Origin: Octopus vulgaris
Taxonomy: Eukaryota
Direction of reading: 5' to 3'
NCBI GenBank assembly: GCA_951406725.2
Contig: OX597834.1
Span: 39,060,001 to 39,124,000 of the forward strand
Length of the DNA: 64,000 nucleotides
In this document: positions 13,132 through 28,723 of the stretch, one piece after another
Position numbering within the stretch: the stretch's first letter is position 1
Layout of the letters: each line of letters begins with the position of its first letter
Notes under the pieces: model-generated
The model's database searches: none
What the model was told of the DNA's origin: nothing
The model's input: the letters and a program-made list of their open reading frames with translations, nothing else
Made by a program: the position numbers and the translations under genes

Positions 13132-13963
13132 TATAAAAATATATATATATATGTGTGTGTGTATACATGCATATATCTATAAGTGTGTGTGTGTATGTAT
13201 GCATGTATGTATCTATGTATGTGTGTACGTGTGTGGTATGTACGCATCCATGTGTTTATGCATATAAATATGAGTGTATATACAGATGTGTGAGTATCAT
13301 ATAAATACGTGTATTTGCAAACGTTTCTGTATGACTGTATGTGTGTGAACGTGAGTGTAAGTATGCCTGGATCATCATCATCATCACCATCAATATCATC
13401 AGCATTGCTGTTGTTGTTGTTATTGTTGTTGTTGTTGTTGTTGTTGTTATTATTATTATTATTATTGACATCACCATCATCATCATCGTCGTAGTCGTCG
13501 TCGCCGATGTCGTTGTTGTAGTTGCTATTTCTTCAGACAAAGTCACGTGAATAGATATCCTTTCTATAGAATATGACACACAACAAAATTATTGTGCCTA
13601 TGGTAAACCATAACAAAACGGCTTACAAAGAGACTAGCTTGCTTCTATGGTAGCCTGTAAATTTAATATTTATTTTTGCCATTACTGTCACAGACGCACA
13701 GCTCCAGACAACACGTTGCAAAGGTGAGGAAATTCTCGCTGAGATGGCGTGCAACAGATGAATACATCCAAAATTAATTATTCCATCTTTGGAATGGGGA
13801 ATAATAAAGAAAAATTAATAAATTTTGAGAAATCAATGTAAAAGAAACGAAGAAAATTCAATAAAAAAAAACTAAAAAACTGATGGAACAGCTTTATACA
13901 TGCATGCATATATACATACATGCATACACATACGTACACACAAATATACACACATACAAACAC

Positions 13964-14015
<52 letters not shown>

Positions 14016-14096
14016 TTATATATATGTATATATATATTTGTATACACACACATATATATCTATATCTATATATGTATCTATCTATCGATATATATA

Positions 14097-14149
<53 letters not shown>

Positions 14150-14332
14150 ATAACACATACACTCACATACACATAAATGTATACGCATATGTGCGTTTGC
14201 ATGTATATGCTGATGCATACATATATGTGTGTATGAATATTTGTCTATACACATAAATGTATGTACATTTATGTACATACATATATATATATCTACACAC
14301 ACACACATTAATATTATAATATATATATATAT

Positions 14333-14885
14333 GTGCAGGAGTGGCTGTGTGGTAAGTAGCTTGCTTACGACCACATGGTTCCGGGTTCAGTTCCACTGCG
14401 TGGCACCTTGGGCAAGTGTCTTCCACTATAGCCTCGGGCTGACCAAAGCCTTGTGAATGGATTTCGTAGACGGAAACTGAAAGAAGCCTGTTGTATATAT
14501 GTTTATGTATACACGCACACACACACACACACATATATATATAGTTCTATCGATTCATCTGTCTGTCAATCAATAAATATCGACACAAGTCACTATTATA
14601 TATATATACATACATATATATATGTATATATATATATGTTATACTATGTTATTATATCATATATATATTATATATATTTGTGTTTGTGTGTGACCCCTCT
14701 CATCACTTGACAATCCGAGTTAATTGTTTAACATTCCCTTAACTTAGCAGTTTCAACAAAAGTAACCGATAGAATAATTACCTGGTTGTTCAAAAATAAA
14801 CACAGGTGTCAATTTGTTCGACTAAATCCTTTAAAATTTTAAAGATGAGCCCTAACATCGCCACTGTTTAACAACTAAAGCAACT
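14333..14885 (+). mobile_element. SINE family B with expanded internal (TA/CA)n
   Basis: Head 14333-14495, microsatellite, then degenerate tail cttgacaatccg..aacttagcagtttc..gatagaataa. Confidence 0.85.
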
Positions 14886-15271
14886 AAAATTTAAAGTATT
14901 TCTTCAGGGAACCTACAACGGTACATCGTACAGCGTAAACGCCATTCAGCGAGTTCGCCATTTCTTAAAAAGGGAAAAGCTAAGATCTTTATGGCGGGAG
15001 AAGTCACGTTTGGAACAAAGAATTACGCTCCATTTAGCGTTGAATAAAATATTTCAAAGTAGTCTTGAAAAATCACTAGCGACTGTAATTAATTCCTTGT
15101 TGTATGTATATAAACTAATAAGCGCGTCTTAACATTAAATATATACAGATGTTTCTATGTTTACAAAATATATACACATACATATATGCACTAAACAAGA
15201 GGAACGTGATATCTGCAACTATGCACAAGCAGTGAGCTACGATAAATTTTTTAATTCACTCATATATGTAT

Positions 15272-15348
<77 letters not shown>

Positions 15349-15349
15349 A

Positions 15350-15407
<58 letters not shown>

Positions 15408-15554
15408 TATACACACACACACATATATATATATATATATTTCTCTATATCCTTTGTCTATACATTTGTAGGTATAGTATGTGTATGTATTTATGTATAC
15501 TTGCATATATACATATATATACATATATATATCATATGTATATATATATATATA

Positions 15555-15631
<77 letters not shown>

Positions 15632-16268
15632 TCATGACAAAGAACAAAAGAGAACTCAATCTACGCCCACGTGTGTGTATATATGTGTGTATGTGTGTAT
15701 ATGTGTGTGTGTATGTGTGTGTCTGTGTGAGTGAGTGTGTGTGTGTGCGTGTGAACGCGTGTATTTTGGGTAAGTAGTCAAATATATTTGGCTATGCAAA
15801 TATTTCCAATATGTCTGTCATCCATCAATTAAAGACGTTGAGATTCTTGAAGAAACATCAAAGTCAAAAAGATAATTGACTTCCACGGCAGATCTCTAAA
15901 TATGGCGTTGGCTGTTGCTACTGTTGTTGTTGTTGTTGTTATTGTTGATGTTGTTGTTTGTTTTTAGTGGAGATGATTTTAGTGGTGGTGTTGGTGGTGC
16001 TGGTGGCGGTGGTGGTGGTGGTGGTAGAGGTGATGGTAATGGGGCCTTGTTAGTGGAGTAAGTGGTATTGTACCGTTGGACTGGCTCTGTTATAATGGAT
16101 CACGATACATTCTCACACACACAGAACGCGCGCGCACACACACACGCACACATGCACACACACACACCCAAGCACATATATACATACAAAGACACGCATA
16201 CACATATGCACGTGCATACGTACATGTATACATACATAGAAGCATACGTGCATATATACATATATAAA

Positions 16269-16411
<143 letters not shown>

Positions 16412-16709
16412 ATATCTATGAATTGATGGATGGGTCGATGGACTGAGAGCACGTCTTGTGGCTAGCTAGTAACATGTGGTTCGATTTTTATCAATACATT
16501 TGTCGGTCTTCGATCTATAATTATTTCATTGAAATCTCATTCTTCAAATTAATTATATACACAGACACGCATATATATATGTATATATATATATAATATA
16601 CATACACGTTCTGTGTATTTTTAGCTCTTTCTCTCCTTTCTTCGTGCGTATGTGTGTGTGTCTATGCATGAATATGTATAACTATGTACCTTGTTCAACT
16701 GCATGATAC

Positions 16710-16780
16710 ACCATCTGGCTCGAGAATCGAACTCAAGAGTCATCGATAACAAGCAGAACACCAGAGCGGGTAAGCCACGC
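16710..16780 (-). mobile_element. decayed tRNA-like SINE head
   Basis: Minus strand gcgtggctta..gagttcgattctcg (A/B-box-like). Confidence 0.4.
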
Positions 16781-16806
16781 AAAGAGTATATGCATATATG
16801 TATATG

Positions 16807-16860
<54 letters not shown>

Positions 16861-16881
16861 ACTAAAATAACATATATATAT

Positions 16882-16939
<58 letters not shown>

Positions 16940-17563
16940 ATATATATATATATATGCATGCATACATACGTACATATAAATATATATATGTATATATATA
17001 TACACACACATATGTTTATATATATATTACATACATACATGTACGTTTATATAGACACGCGCACACACACATACATTGAGTGTGTGTGTTGTGTGTGTGT
17101 GTGTGTGTGTGTGTCGCATATAGGTAAGCAACACACTTGTAAACGGGTAGGCGGGTATATAATGAGGTAGGCAGACAAATAGATAAATACGCGCACACAC
17201 TCCTTCTCTGCTACATTAGACTTGGGCATTTTAATATGAAATCTTTGTAACTATTTTCTATATAATATGACTGTCTTTAAGTTCATATACGTGGAAACAA
17301 TATCTCGTGTCTATGGAACTCTTCAATAGAAAAGTAACATTTGTCCAGTCGTATGTCTCCTCCGCTGAAAGCAAAATGGCGCCACCGAATATCTCTGAAC
17401 TGGTATCGCCATTGCGGCTCACTAACTTTATATCTCTTTACTCTTTTTTATGTGAATATGTTTTTGTACTGACAAAAATATTGTCTTGTCTAATGCATAA
17501 GGTGTATCTTATATATATATTCTCTTCAATAGGGGTTTACACCACTTGTTCATGTATGTGTGA

Positions 17564-17603
<40 letters not shown>

Positions 17604-17713
17604 ATACACACAGACATATGTATGTATGTGTATATATATGTATACGTGCGTGCGAATATGTAAATTCGAAATTTATTCGTTTTTATATGTTGTCTCTTTG
17701 TAGGGTTTTGTTT

Positions 17714-17767
<54 letters not shown>

Positions 17768-18071
17768 AGTAACGTGTGTGTGCAGTTGTGTGTTTTTTGT
17801 GTGTGTTTTCTTTATTGCTTGTATGCTTTTCTTTTTTGTTTTGTCGTCGTCTTTATTGGTGAATATCGTGTGGGATCTTATTTTGTAACGTATGTGTCCG
17901 TGTGTCTTGATGCAAAAAAAAAAAAAAAATGCGTGTGTGCGTGCGTGCATGCGCGTGTGTGTGTGCGCACGCATGTCTTTATGTGCGTGTGTGTGAAGTC
18001 TTAATAGAGAAAACAATAAACTCCGATGAAGTAACAGCTTGATAGCCATATAGTCGCGCGTGTATACATAT

Positions 18072-18084
<13 letters not shown>

Positions 18085-18130
<46 letters not shown>

Positions 18131-18224
18131 TATATATATATGTAGATATATGTATAAATATATATACATATATATATGTATATATATGTAGATATATGTA
18201 TAAATATATATACATAAATATGTA

Positions 18225-18255
<31 letters not shown>

Positions 18256-18373
18256 GTACATATATATATACATATATATACATACATATATATATATATA
18301 TATGTATATATATATGTATATATATACATATATATATATATACATATATGTATATATATATGTATATATATAC

Positions 18374-18421
<48 letters not shown>

Positions 18422-18549
18422 GTATATGTATTTATATATATATAAATATATATATTTATATACACGTATACATTTATACCCATATACATACATAGATATA
18501 TGTATATAGATATATATATACATATATGTATGTATATATATATATATGT

Positions 18550-18582
<33 letters not shown>
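18085..18582. repeat. ~500-bp imperfect (TA)n tract
   Basis: Directly visible. Confidence 0.95.
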
Positions 18583-18583
<1 letters not shown>

Positions 18584-18844
18584 GAATGAATTGCATGACT
18601 GCCGTCAACTAAAAGACAAGTCCTCATTTACCCGTATCTAAAAATCAAGCGAATGAATTTAATACTTTCGTTATTTGCATGATTGACTCGAGTCATTCTT
18701 CTTTCTTATCGATCTCTATCTTCGCGATCACTCTCCTGTTAGTCCGGCAGAGATCAATAGTTTAGAGTTTGTAAGAAGAACTCCTTTACCCCGCATTTAA
18801 ATCTGAAGCTGATGACCTTTTGCAGTAAAACCTATAATTACTAA

Positions 18845-19545
18845 TTTCAAATTTTGGCACAAGGCCAGCAACTTGGGTTGGGGGAGGGGGTAAGTCGATT
18901 ACATCCACCCCAGTGCCCCAAAGTCAAATCCGACTTTCGCTCAATTTTGAACACAGAACGTAAAGACTGGTGAAATGCTGCTAAGCATTTTGCCCGGCGG
19001 CAAAAAATTTTTTTCCTACGATAGTTCCGGACCCCAGTTATGAACTCATTTGCATACGGCCAATCAGAGCTCAACAATCAAACTAATTTATGAGCGCATA
19101 ATGCGTGATGGGCGATAAGATAAGGTCCCTTGGTTAAGGAATGACCATGCTTCTTTTCTCTTTTAAGAATGCTTGTTGTTCTTGTTCTTGTTCCAACCGT
19201 GGCTGCCTCTGCGTAGTTATTTGTGTTGTTGTTGTTTACTTCGTAAAGCAGTAAGGGGAGAGGGTTGCCCGCACATCACCCTCTATCCAAATTTCCCCCA
19301 TCCACATCCTTACCATTTGGGGCCGTAACAAAATCTGATAATAGGTATGGATGCAAACCCATCTAATTACTTGTCTCCTTCTAAAATCAGGCATAACTTG
19401 GCGATCGGTCGACTTACAACACCGTTCTTCGTCTTGGCGAGCTCTGATTGGCTGTTTGCAAATGAGTTCATTACTTGGGTCCGGAACTTTCGTAGGAAAA
19501 AAAATTTCGCTGCCCGACGTGCTAACGATTTTGTCATCTCGCTGT
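18845..19545 (-). mobile_element. SINE family A interrupted by a MITE
   Basis: SINE sequence 18845-18996 resumes at 19514-19545 (gctaagcattttgcccg | acgtgctaacgatt). Confidence 0.85.
18997..19513. mobile_element. 517-bp non-autonomous DNA transposon (MITE) with ~75-bp TIRs
   Basis: TIRs 18997-19072 and 19439-19513 (gcRgcRaaatttt..cctacgaWagttccggacc..gaactcatttgca..gccaatcagagctc); probable 3-bp TSD CCG. Confidence 0.9.
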
Positions 19546-19564
19546 TCTAATTGTATACAAAATG

Positions 19565-19730
19565 TTATCTTAAATTTCGTAGCAAGGTCAGCACTTTCGG
19601 GAGAGGGGTTAAATCGAATGCATCGACCCCAGTGCTCAACTGGTACTCAATTTATCGACCCCGAAAGAATGAAAGGCAAAGTCAACCTCAGCAGAATTTG
19701 AGCTAAGACATCAAGACAGACAAAATGGCG
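19565..19730 (-). mobile_element. SINE family A, degenerate
   Basis: tcgaccccagtg..tttatcgaccccgaaagaatgaaaggcaaagtc. Confidence 0.85.
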
Positions 19731-19737
19731 CCCGTAA

Positions 19738-19950
19738 TAATCTTTTCTACTGGAGGCACAAGGCCTCAAATTTGTGGGGAGGGGACTGGTCGATTACATC
19801 AGCCCCAGTGTTTCACTGGTACTTGATTTCTCGACCCTGAAAGGATGAAAGGCGAAGTCGACCTCGGCGGAATTTGAACTCAGAACGTAGCGACGGGCGA
19901 AATACCGCTAAGCATTTAGTCCGGCGTGTCAACAATTCCGCCATCTTGCC
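19738..19950 (-). mobile_element. SINE family A, near full length
   Basis: Reverse complement of the 3452-3668 element. Confidence 0.92.
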
Positions 19951-20499
19951 ACATTAACTACATACAAAATAATACTGTGAAATATAATGATTTTTTTTAT
20001 TCACATTTGTTTGACTAAATCATGCTCGATCTCATAGCTTTGAGATTTCAATGATATAGGCCTATATTTTTAGAATGACAGTATCTGGTAGGTGTGAGAG
20101 GCCGAACCTGGTATATTTCAACATGGAACGTAGAATATTTGGACCGGACACGGCCGATGGAAATACAAATGAATTAGAATATCCTTTACTCGCCCAGCAC
20201 AGAGGAATATAAGTTCCCTATTTGTATGTAAAATTACAGACTTATTAATTTTCTGGACTCAACTTCTGGCAAAATCTTATACGCTTACAATTCGATCAGA
20301 GGAAATCCCTCCTTCTGCTTTTGACGGAAATGAAATCCGTCATAAGACTTCCAGGTTCTGAGACTGAGTATCATTTGGAACGTCGAAACAAACACCAATA
20401 ATATTATGTCGTCGACTGATTTAATCTAATAATTATTTTGTTGCGGAAGAGAAGGCAACTGGTTTTCTTTTTCTCTAAATATGTAAATATAAGATATCA

Positions 20500-20626
20500 G
20501 TATTTATAATTTTTCGTGCAGGACCTCTGTAATCTAATCTACAAGCTTTTTTCGTTCTCTCTCAATTTATTTTCTCTTATTCATTTCTGTTTGAAGAGCG
20601 TAGGCTCGAAACGTAAAAGACTTTTT

Positions 20627-20630
<4 letters not shown>
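20500..20630 (+). mobile_element. Penelope-like terminal fragment with decayed minimal hammerhead
   Basis: ttt-CTGTTTGAA-GAGC-gtag-GCTC-GAAAC-GTA-aaa (20584-20618); stem II and GAAACGT intact, CTGANGA box altered; abuts (TA)n. Confidence 0.55.
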
Positions 20631-20674
<44 letters not shown>

Positions 20675-20675
20675 C

Positions 20676-21100
20676 TTTTATTTCATCTCGTACTTGTTGC
20701 TCTTCAGCCATTAGACTGTGGCCATGCTGGAGCACCAGCTTGAAGAACCTTAGTCGAACAAATTAAGCCCATTAATTTATGTTCTTAAGCTTGGCATATA
20801 TTGTATCGGTCACTTTTGCCGACTCGCAAAATTACAGGGATGTAAACATGCCAGCACCGGTTACCAAGTAGGTGGTGGTGGGACAAAACAGAAATACAAA
20901 GACAGACACACACACACGCACAGGCACATATTTACATGCGACGACTTCTTTCAGTTTCCGTCTACCAAATCCACTGACAAGACTTTGGTTAACCCGAGGC
21001 TATAGTAGAAGACACTTGCCCAAGGTGTCACGCACTGCGCCTGAACCCCGGAACCATGTGGTTGGGAAGCAATCTTCCTACTACACAGTCACGCCTGTGC

Positions 21101-21102
<2 letters not shown>
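20676..21102 (-). mobile_element. SINE family B, full length
   Basis: Reverse complement of head and tail of the other B copies (agacacttgcccaaggtg; ggccatgctggagcacc). Confidence 0.92.
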
Positions 21103-21154
<52 letters not shown>

Positions 21155-21157
21155 GGG

Positions 21158-21192
<35 letters not shown>

Positions 21193-21299
21193 AAGGGGTA
21201 TATATATATATACATATATATATATACAAAAACACTGTTAAGTGTTTAAAGATTTACACAAAAATCGAATCAATGTAAAGAAATTATGATGTTTCCAGT

Positions 21300-21490
21300 A
21301 TTTCATGTAACGCAAGAAGGGGGGGCACATTTGTTTTTAATGTGCAGACGGTGGATGTAGACATTAAATTGAATTTATCACAGTATATAGCTGGTACTTT
21401 ATTTTATCGACTTCTTACCCGGCTCCCGCCCTCCACCCCGAATGTGGAGCCTCAAAATCGACCTGGGCGGGATTTGAAGTGAGAAAGTGG
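21300..21490 (-). mobile_element. SINE family A, degenerate fragment
   Basis: ctggtactttattttatcgac..aatcgacctgggcgggatttgaa. Confidence 0.6.
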
Positions 21491-21871
21491 AGCGATGACA
21501 ATAAAGTTGTTATGTTCTCGTTTTCTGTCTTTCTCTCCTTTGTTTGTTTGTTTGTTTCTTTCTTTCTGATAACCACCGCCCTCATACATACACGCATACA
21601 TACAAACATACATATATACATACATACATACATACATACATACATACATGCATGCATGCATAAATACATATACACATATACACACATATACACACACGCA
21701 TATATATATATACACACATACATATATATAGACACACACACATACTTACAGATCTATATACATATATATATATATATGCATACATAAATACATGTGTGTG
21801 TGTATATATATATACATATATATATATACATATACACATATATATACATATAAACACATATATATACATAA

Positions 21872-21924
<53 letters not shown>

Positions 21925-22474
21925 ATATATGTATACATACATACATATATGATATGATGATAACGATAATAATGATGATAATGATGATGATGATGATGAT
22001 GATGGTGATCTCCCTCTCCCACTATCTTCGCCCCACCTACATCGCACCCCCCCTGCCCCACACACACACATTCATACGCATATAAACACGAAACTTATTA
22101 TTTCGAGAAAATTATATAAAGAAGTCTTTAAAAAGAAGGCCATCCAATAAATAGTAGGAAAGTGGTTTTTCTGTTACCAACTGCGCACAGGTCAGACATT
22201 TTGGAGTCATCTTAATATGTCAAGTAGACAATCTTCTCAAACGTTTGGGCCGAGTTGGGTGGCGCTCTTCTTCTTCTTCTTTATTCTTGTATTGCTTTTT
22301 TGTATTGCTTTTTTGCTTTCTTTGTTATCATTATTGTTGTTGTTGATATTGTGTTGGTAGCTTCTTTTTTCCTTCTTCTTCTTCTTATAGATATCTTTAT
22401 TATGTTAGTGTTTTGAAATATACTTTACAATTCAACAAAGTTTGAACACCTTCATTTCAATTCTCACTAGCACC

Positions 22475-22513
<39 letters not shown>

Positions 22514-22678
22514 TTACTCCTCACTCTTTCACTCTCTCTCTCTCTCTCTTTCACTTCCTCTCTCAATATCTCTGTCTTTCTCCCCCTCTCTCTCTCTCTC
22601 TTTCTGAAACTATCACTTGCAATTTGTCTATCTGCCTTTGTTCTTTCTCTTTTACGCATATGTACACACACACACACA

Positions 22679-22721
<43 letters not shown>

Positions 22722-22787
22722 ACACATACGCTCACACACATACATATATGTACACACGCACACATACATATACAAACACCTATAAGT

Positions 22788-22841
<54 letters not shown>

Positions 22842-23307
22842 CAAAATATATGTATTATATATAATGTATTATTCATAAGATATGCATGTATATGATATAT
22901 TTTCAAAAATAGAAATATTAATATGTCTAAGTCTCTCTAAAGGAGACTACAGCAGCGGTACTTTATATTAATGGTGATCGCCAAGCTAACATGGCAGTCC
23001 AGAAAAATAGGATGAATGTTGCCGTTAATTAGCTCCAAGAGGCCATCGCCTGTTGCTAGCTATATGACACACGAACCTGTGCCCAGGGGAGGTCAGCCGC
23101 TTTCCCTTACTGGTCTGGCATCCACAGACAAATTTTAATTATATGTAATATATAACTCATATATATATATATATGTGTGCCCGGGGAGGGTGTTTGGGTG
23201 TTTGTGTATGTCTGTATATATTTATATATGTGTGTGTGTTTGAATATGTGTGTGTACATATATGTGTGTATATATATATTTGTGCATGTGTTTATGTATA
23301 CATGTGG

Positions 23308-23357
<50 letters not shown>

Positions 23358-23805
23358 GCGTGCAATACGCAAATACATACGTACCCAGTTACGAGCGGGT
23401 ATGCTCATATGTGTGTGTGTGTGTGTGTATTAAAAATGGTGGAGAGAGAGAGAAAGAGCCGTTCTTCTCAATTGACTTTTCAGTCTCTCACATAATATTC
23501 TCTGTTCGTTTCCACCCAAATAATTAATTTTTACCCCTTTCCTCCCACTCCCCTTCACTATCACCACCACTACCATCACCACCACCCACTACTACTACTA
23601 CTTCTTCTAAACTACCATCGCTGCTGCTGCTGCTGCTGCTGTTGCTACTTCGTGAAGTGAGTGCCATGGATTTAGAGATGAACGGATTAGTTCATCTGTG
23701 AACGATCCAGCGAAGTCTTGAAGTGTTGGTGTTTCGGTGTCAAAGCTGCCACCCACAATTAACACTTTAGATAGATCTGATACACACATACACACACTCA
23801 TAGAG

Positions 23806-23889
<84 letters not shown>

Positions 23890-24200
23890 CATATACATAT
23901 ATATGTGTGTGTGTGTGTGTGTGCCTGTGTCAAAAAAGGAGAAAGGGAAAGAGAGAGAGAGGGAAAGTGAAAGAGAGACATATACTCATAAATACAGAAA
24001 AAAAACACTTCATATTTTCATACCTACTTATTTAATTATTCGCACGGCCTCGGGATGTCCTGCTGGAAGATGACCAGGAGCCGAAGCAATGATAAGAACT
24101 AAAACACATATATGAACTTATGATGAATGTGTGTGTGTGAGCGTGTATATATATGTGTATATATATATTGTATATATATATATATGTGTGTGTGTATATA

Positions 24201-24243
<43 letters not shown>

Positions 24244-24439
24244 CATATATATGTACTTATTAAACCGTGTTGTAGTTATTAAACAAATTTATTAAAATGA
24301 TACTATTATCTGACTACTTTTTCCTGTCGCGGACTTATATGAAAATACACTTCATCGATGCACTGGGATGCAATCTCAATGATGTTTTCGGGTTCTCTTG
24401 TGGTTTCAGTTCCTTTAACGTCAGACTCCCTCCTCGTTT

Positions 24440-25127
24440 GCTTGACCAAGCCCGGGCTGAGAAATATAACACTGTGTATCAATATATGTACTTCCGTATA
24501 GGTACTGAAGAATTCCGCTGTGGTGCATCTGTAATAGAGTGGATAAAAATATTGCCCATATCACAAACGAATGCCCGAGATTTGCTCCAAACCATTACAG
24601 CTTGTGGTGACACGACTAGGTAACGAAAGTGTTACATTGGAAACTGTGAAAAAATTGGGGGCTAGAGAGAATCAAAACGTGATATGAGCACAGACCGCTG
24701 AGAAGGGTAGATCGGAGACTAGCATAAGTCCTCTGGGATTTCCCAATCCAAACTGATCAGGTGCTTGAACATAATAGACCGGGCCAAGTGGTGGTGGACA
24801 AGGTGCACCACATACGCTATATAGTTGATGTTGCAAGCCCCTTGGACCCTTAGATACAGCCTTCTTAAGTACGAAATAGCCCGGCTAAGGAAAATGAAGG
24901 TGAATATATTACCAATTGGAAACAGTATCAGAAGGCATCGAGAGGAATATAAAGGAAATTGGAATAGAGTGTCCTGTAGAACTGTTGCAAAAGTTTTGCC
25001 TCCTTGGCACAGTCAGAATAATCAGGAAAGTATTAGATAGCATGGAACCGTGGGCTGCAGGTAGCAAGCCTGCTATGAATGTAAGACTCCAGGAGCTCCA
25101 GCAAAACCTGTGATGATGATGATGATA
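24440..25127 (+). pseudogene. 3' fragment of an R4/Dong-like (RLE) non-LTR retrotransposon ORF
   Basis: Manual translation: PLWCICNRVDKNIAHITNECPRFAPNHYSLW*HD*VTKVLHWKL (decayed CCHC knuckle and RHD), VLWDFPIQTDQVLEHNRPGQVVVDK..IVDVASP (RLE), RYSLLKYEIARL, LLQKFCLLGTVRIIRKVL; stops and frameshifts; (TGA)n tail. Confidence 0.9.
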
Positions 25128-25246
25128 AGGGGCAGTTTTGATACGTAGGAGGGTTCTTGGCATCTCAGGGAACTTGTTGAAGCCCGATGTTGGGATCTTT
25201 TCTTTTTCGACAGTCTAATCTGTTGTGTGTATATCAAATACTAATA

Positions 25247-25281
<35 letters not shown>

Positions 25282-25535
25282 AAGAAGAAGACAAGAGGAA
25301 GAAGGAAGGAAGGAAGGAAGGAAGGAAGATAGAGAAGAAGAAGAATGAATATCATGTACCCCCACCTTAGTCTCTTTAGTGCATTCATCCAAAGACATAC
25401 CTGTTAAGTGTCTGGAGTACCTGACCGATATTGATGTCATATTTAGAGTGATTAATTCACCTCATTACATTTTAGAGTTGACTTCATCTTTTAAATAGAC
25501 AACAGATTAGGTTCTGCTTACAAATAGCACTCATC

Positions 25536-25566
<31 letters not shown>

Positions 25567-25764
25567 GCTAATAGCTACTACAGCAATAACAACTGCAACA
25601 ATGACGACATCAATTATGACATCGATACAAAACCTTCTATTGACAAGAGACAAGTCGATTGTGAACAGGGTCTTGTGTGTATTTTGTCAGTCAAATATTC
25701 AAAGACATTCATGTTTCTTTTGTGTGATAACTTTTTAATGGCGACCGAAGAGGGATAGAGACAG

Positions 25765-25767
25765 ATG

Positions 25768-25845
<78 letters not shown>

Positions 25846-26075
25846 CAGAGAGATGGATGGATGATGGATAGATGAATGGATGGATATATGAACAGATAGA
25901 TACATGGATAGACAGATATATAGGTAACTATAGATAGATAGATAGACAGACAGATAAATAGATAGATAGATAAATAGATAGACGAAGAGATAGATAGACA
26001 GACAGTTAAATTGATAGATAGATAGATAGGTAGATAGATAAATATATAGATAGATAAACAGATAGATAGATAGAC
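25765..26075. repeat. (GATA)n microsatellite field
   Basis: Directly visible. Confidence 0.95.
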
Positions 26076-26222
26076 AAACAGAAAGAGAGAGAGAGTGACT
26101 GATAGAGAAAGGGATAGAGACAGAGTGTGCGTGTACGTGTGAATGCGTGTGTATGTACGTGTTGGCAGAAATAGGGAAGACTTGAGGATAACCAAGAAGA
26201 ATGAGAACAGAACCATCTACGA

Positions 26223-26318
26223 CAATGGTTTTCAATTTGGTTCCATGAGAGCCCTGGGGGTCCATATAAGATTTGCTGAGGGTCAACGCAAGAAAAATAG
26301 TAAATTGTGAGTCCATAG
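26223..26318 (+). mobile_element. hAT-like MITE end fragment
   Basis: caatggttttcaa resembles hAT TIR starts; ggtccatataag and gtccatag are shared, inverted, with 45743-45968. Confidence 0.5.
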
Positions 26319-26723
26319 TAAGTTAACCTCAGCCTGATTTGAACCCCGAAAGTAAAGTAATATCGAAATGTGTTTTGTCCCATTTTCTAAAGATCACCTT
26401 TGAATATTCAAATACATACATACATACATACATACATACATACATACATACATACATACATACAAGCATGCATACATACATACATACATACATACATACA
26501 TACATACATACATACATACATACATACATACATACATAAAAAAACAAAAATATGTTGTTGATGTTGAAATCCCAATGAAGGAACCTTGGATCTAGGTTAG
26601 AAACCGGTTCTTTCTCAATTAGCAAGAAATCTTGAAATAAAACTGAATCATACCATACATACACGCATATAATTGTCTGCACATGTGTGTGTATATATCT
26701 ATGTACACACACACACATTACAT

Positions 26724-26788
<65 letters not shown>

Positions 26789-26896
26789 TGAAGCTAATAC
26801 AATTGAGCGTCAAACTAATAAATTCTCTGCCAACAACCTTTTGTCTGTTATTGTTAATTTTATTCGTATATTAGAATTCAATTTAAATATATATAC

Positions 26897-26936
<40 letters not shown>

Positions 26937-27205
26937 GTATGTATGTATGTATGTGGATGTATAGATATACATATATATATACATACGTCAATTTGCATTT
27001 AGGCTAATTAAACAGTTTCATTTTTATGGCTATCAGATTTTTTCGAAAAATTTTCCAAGAGATCAATAGAATAGTAATAGGGAATGAATTAGTATTACTG
27101 AGTATGACTAACGCTTGGTGTCGATCAGTGAAATGTCGTAACAGCTTGTGATTCCGATCAAGGTTACCATATCAGATCGATGCAAATCCTACTAAACAGC
27201 AGACG

Positions 27206-27314
<109 letters not shown>

Positions 27315-27336
27315 TATATATATATAGGGGTGGGGA

Positions 27337-27492
27337 CAGGCGTTACTGTGTGGTAAGAAGCTTGTTTGTCATCCGCATGGTTTCGAGTTCAGATCCGACT
27401 GCGTAGCACCTTGGGCAAGTGATTTTTACTATAGCCTCGGCTTGACCACAGTTTATGAGTGGATTTAGTGGAAGGAAACTGAAAGAAGCCCT
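27337..27492 (+). mobile_element. SINE family B, 5' part
   Basis: ctgtgtggtaagaagcttg..ccttgggcaagtg..ggaaactgaaagaagccc. Confidence 0.88.
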
Positions 27493-27634
27493 ATACACAC
27501 ACACATACATATATTTGTGTGTGTATACATATATAATTGTACATGATTATCCTTCATAGGAATTTTAAGTCCGGTAAATGTAATATCTACTTAAAGGTTT
27601 CTCGTTTGTGGCGGATTCGTAGTATATCTATCTA

Positions 27635-27679
<45 letters not shown>

Positions 27680-27697
27680 CTATCTATTTGTCTGAAA

Positions 27698-27770
<73 letters not shown>

Positions 27771-28117
27771 ATATATATATATATGCATACATATATATAC
27801 ATTTAGATATATACACACAAATACACCTCTCTATATATATTTATGCATATACACGCGCGCGCGCAGCACACGTATATATATATATGTGTGTGTGTATAGA
27901 TGCATATGTATGTCATGTATATATCTTATGTATACATGCATATGTATACATGTGTGTGTGTGTGTGTGATTGTACAGCATTCTGATCTCTGTTATATGAA
28001 CTATAATTAATGGAAATTCTGATGTGAAGGTTTAGTAACAACGAATCGGCTTTATCGATAGGAGAATGAAATACCAACAGATTAGTTCCATACAATCAAC
28101 GCCGTTACCGCTTAGAA

Positions 28118-28195
<78 letters not shown>

Positions 28196-28400
28196 CCATG
28201 CACTTGTATTTGTTACCGTTGGTGTTGTTTGTTTATTATGTCCCACACCTTGTCATTGAGCGAAAGTAAATCTTCAACAAGGTTCTAACAGTGAATGGCC
28301 ATCACTGTCACAGCACACAGCTCTGTTGACATCATCGCATTGTAGTAGGTCACCAGATAGACCACGAAACACAATATATATGTATATATATATATATATA

Positions 28401-28560
<160 letters not shown>

Positions 28561-28692
28561 ATATATATATATGTATATATATAAATATATATCAATATAT
28601 ATATGTATATATATATAAAATATATATATATATATCAATATATATATGTATATATATATATATCATATATATATATATGTATATATATATCA

Positions 28693-28723
<31 letters not shown>

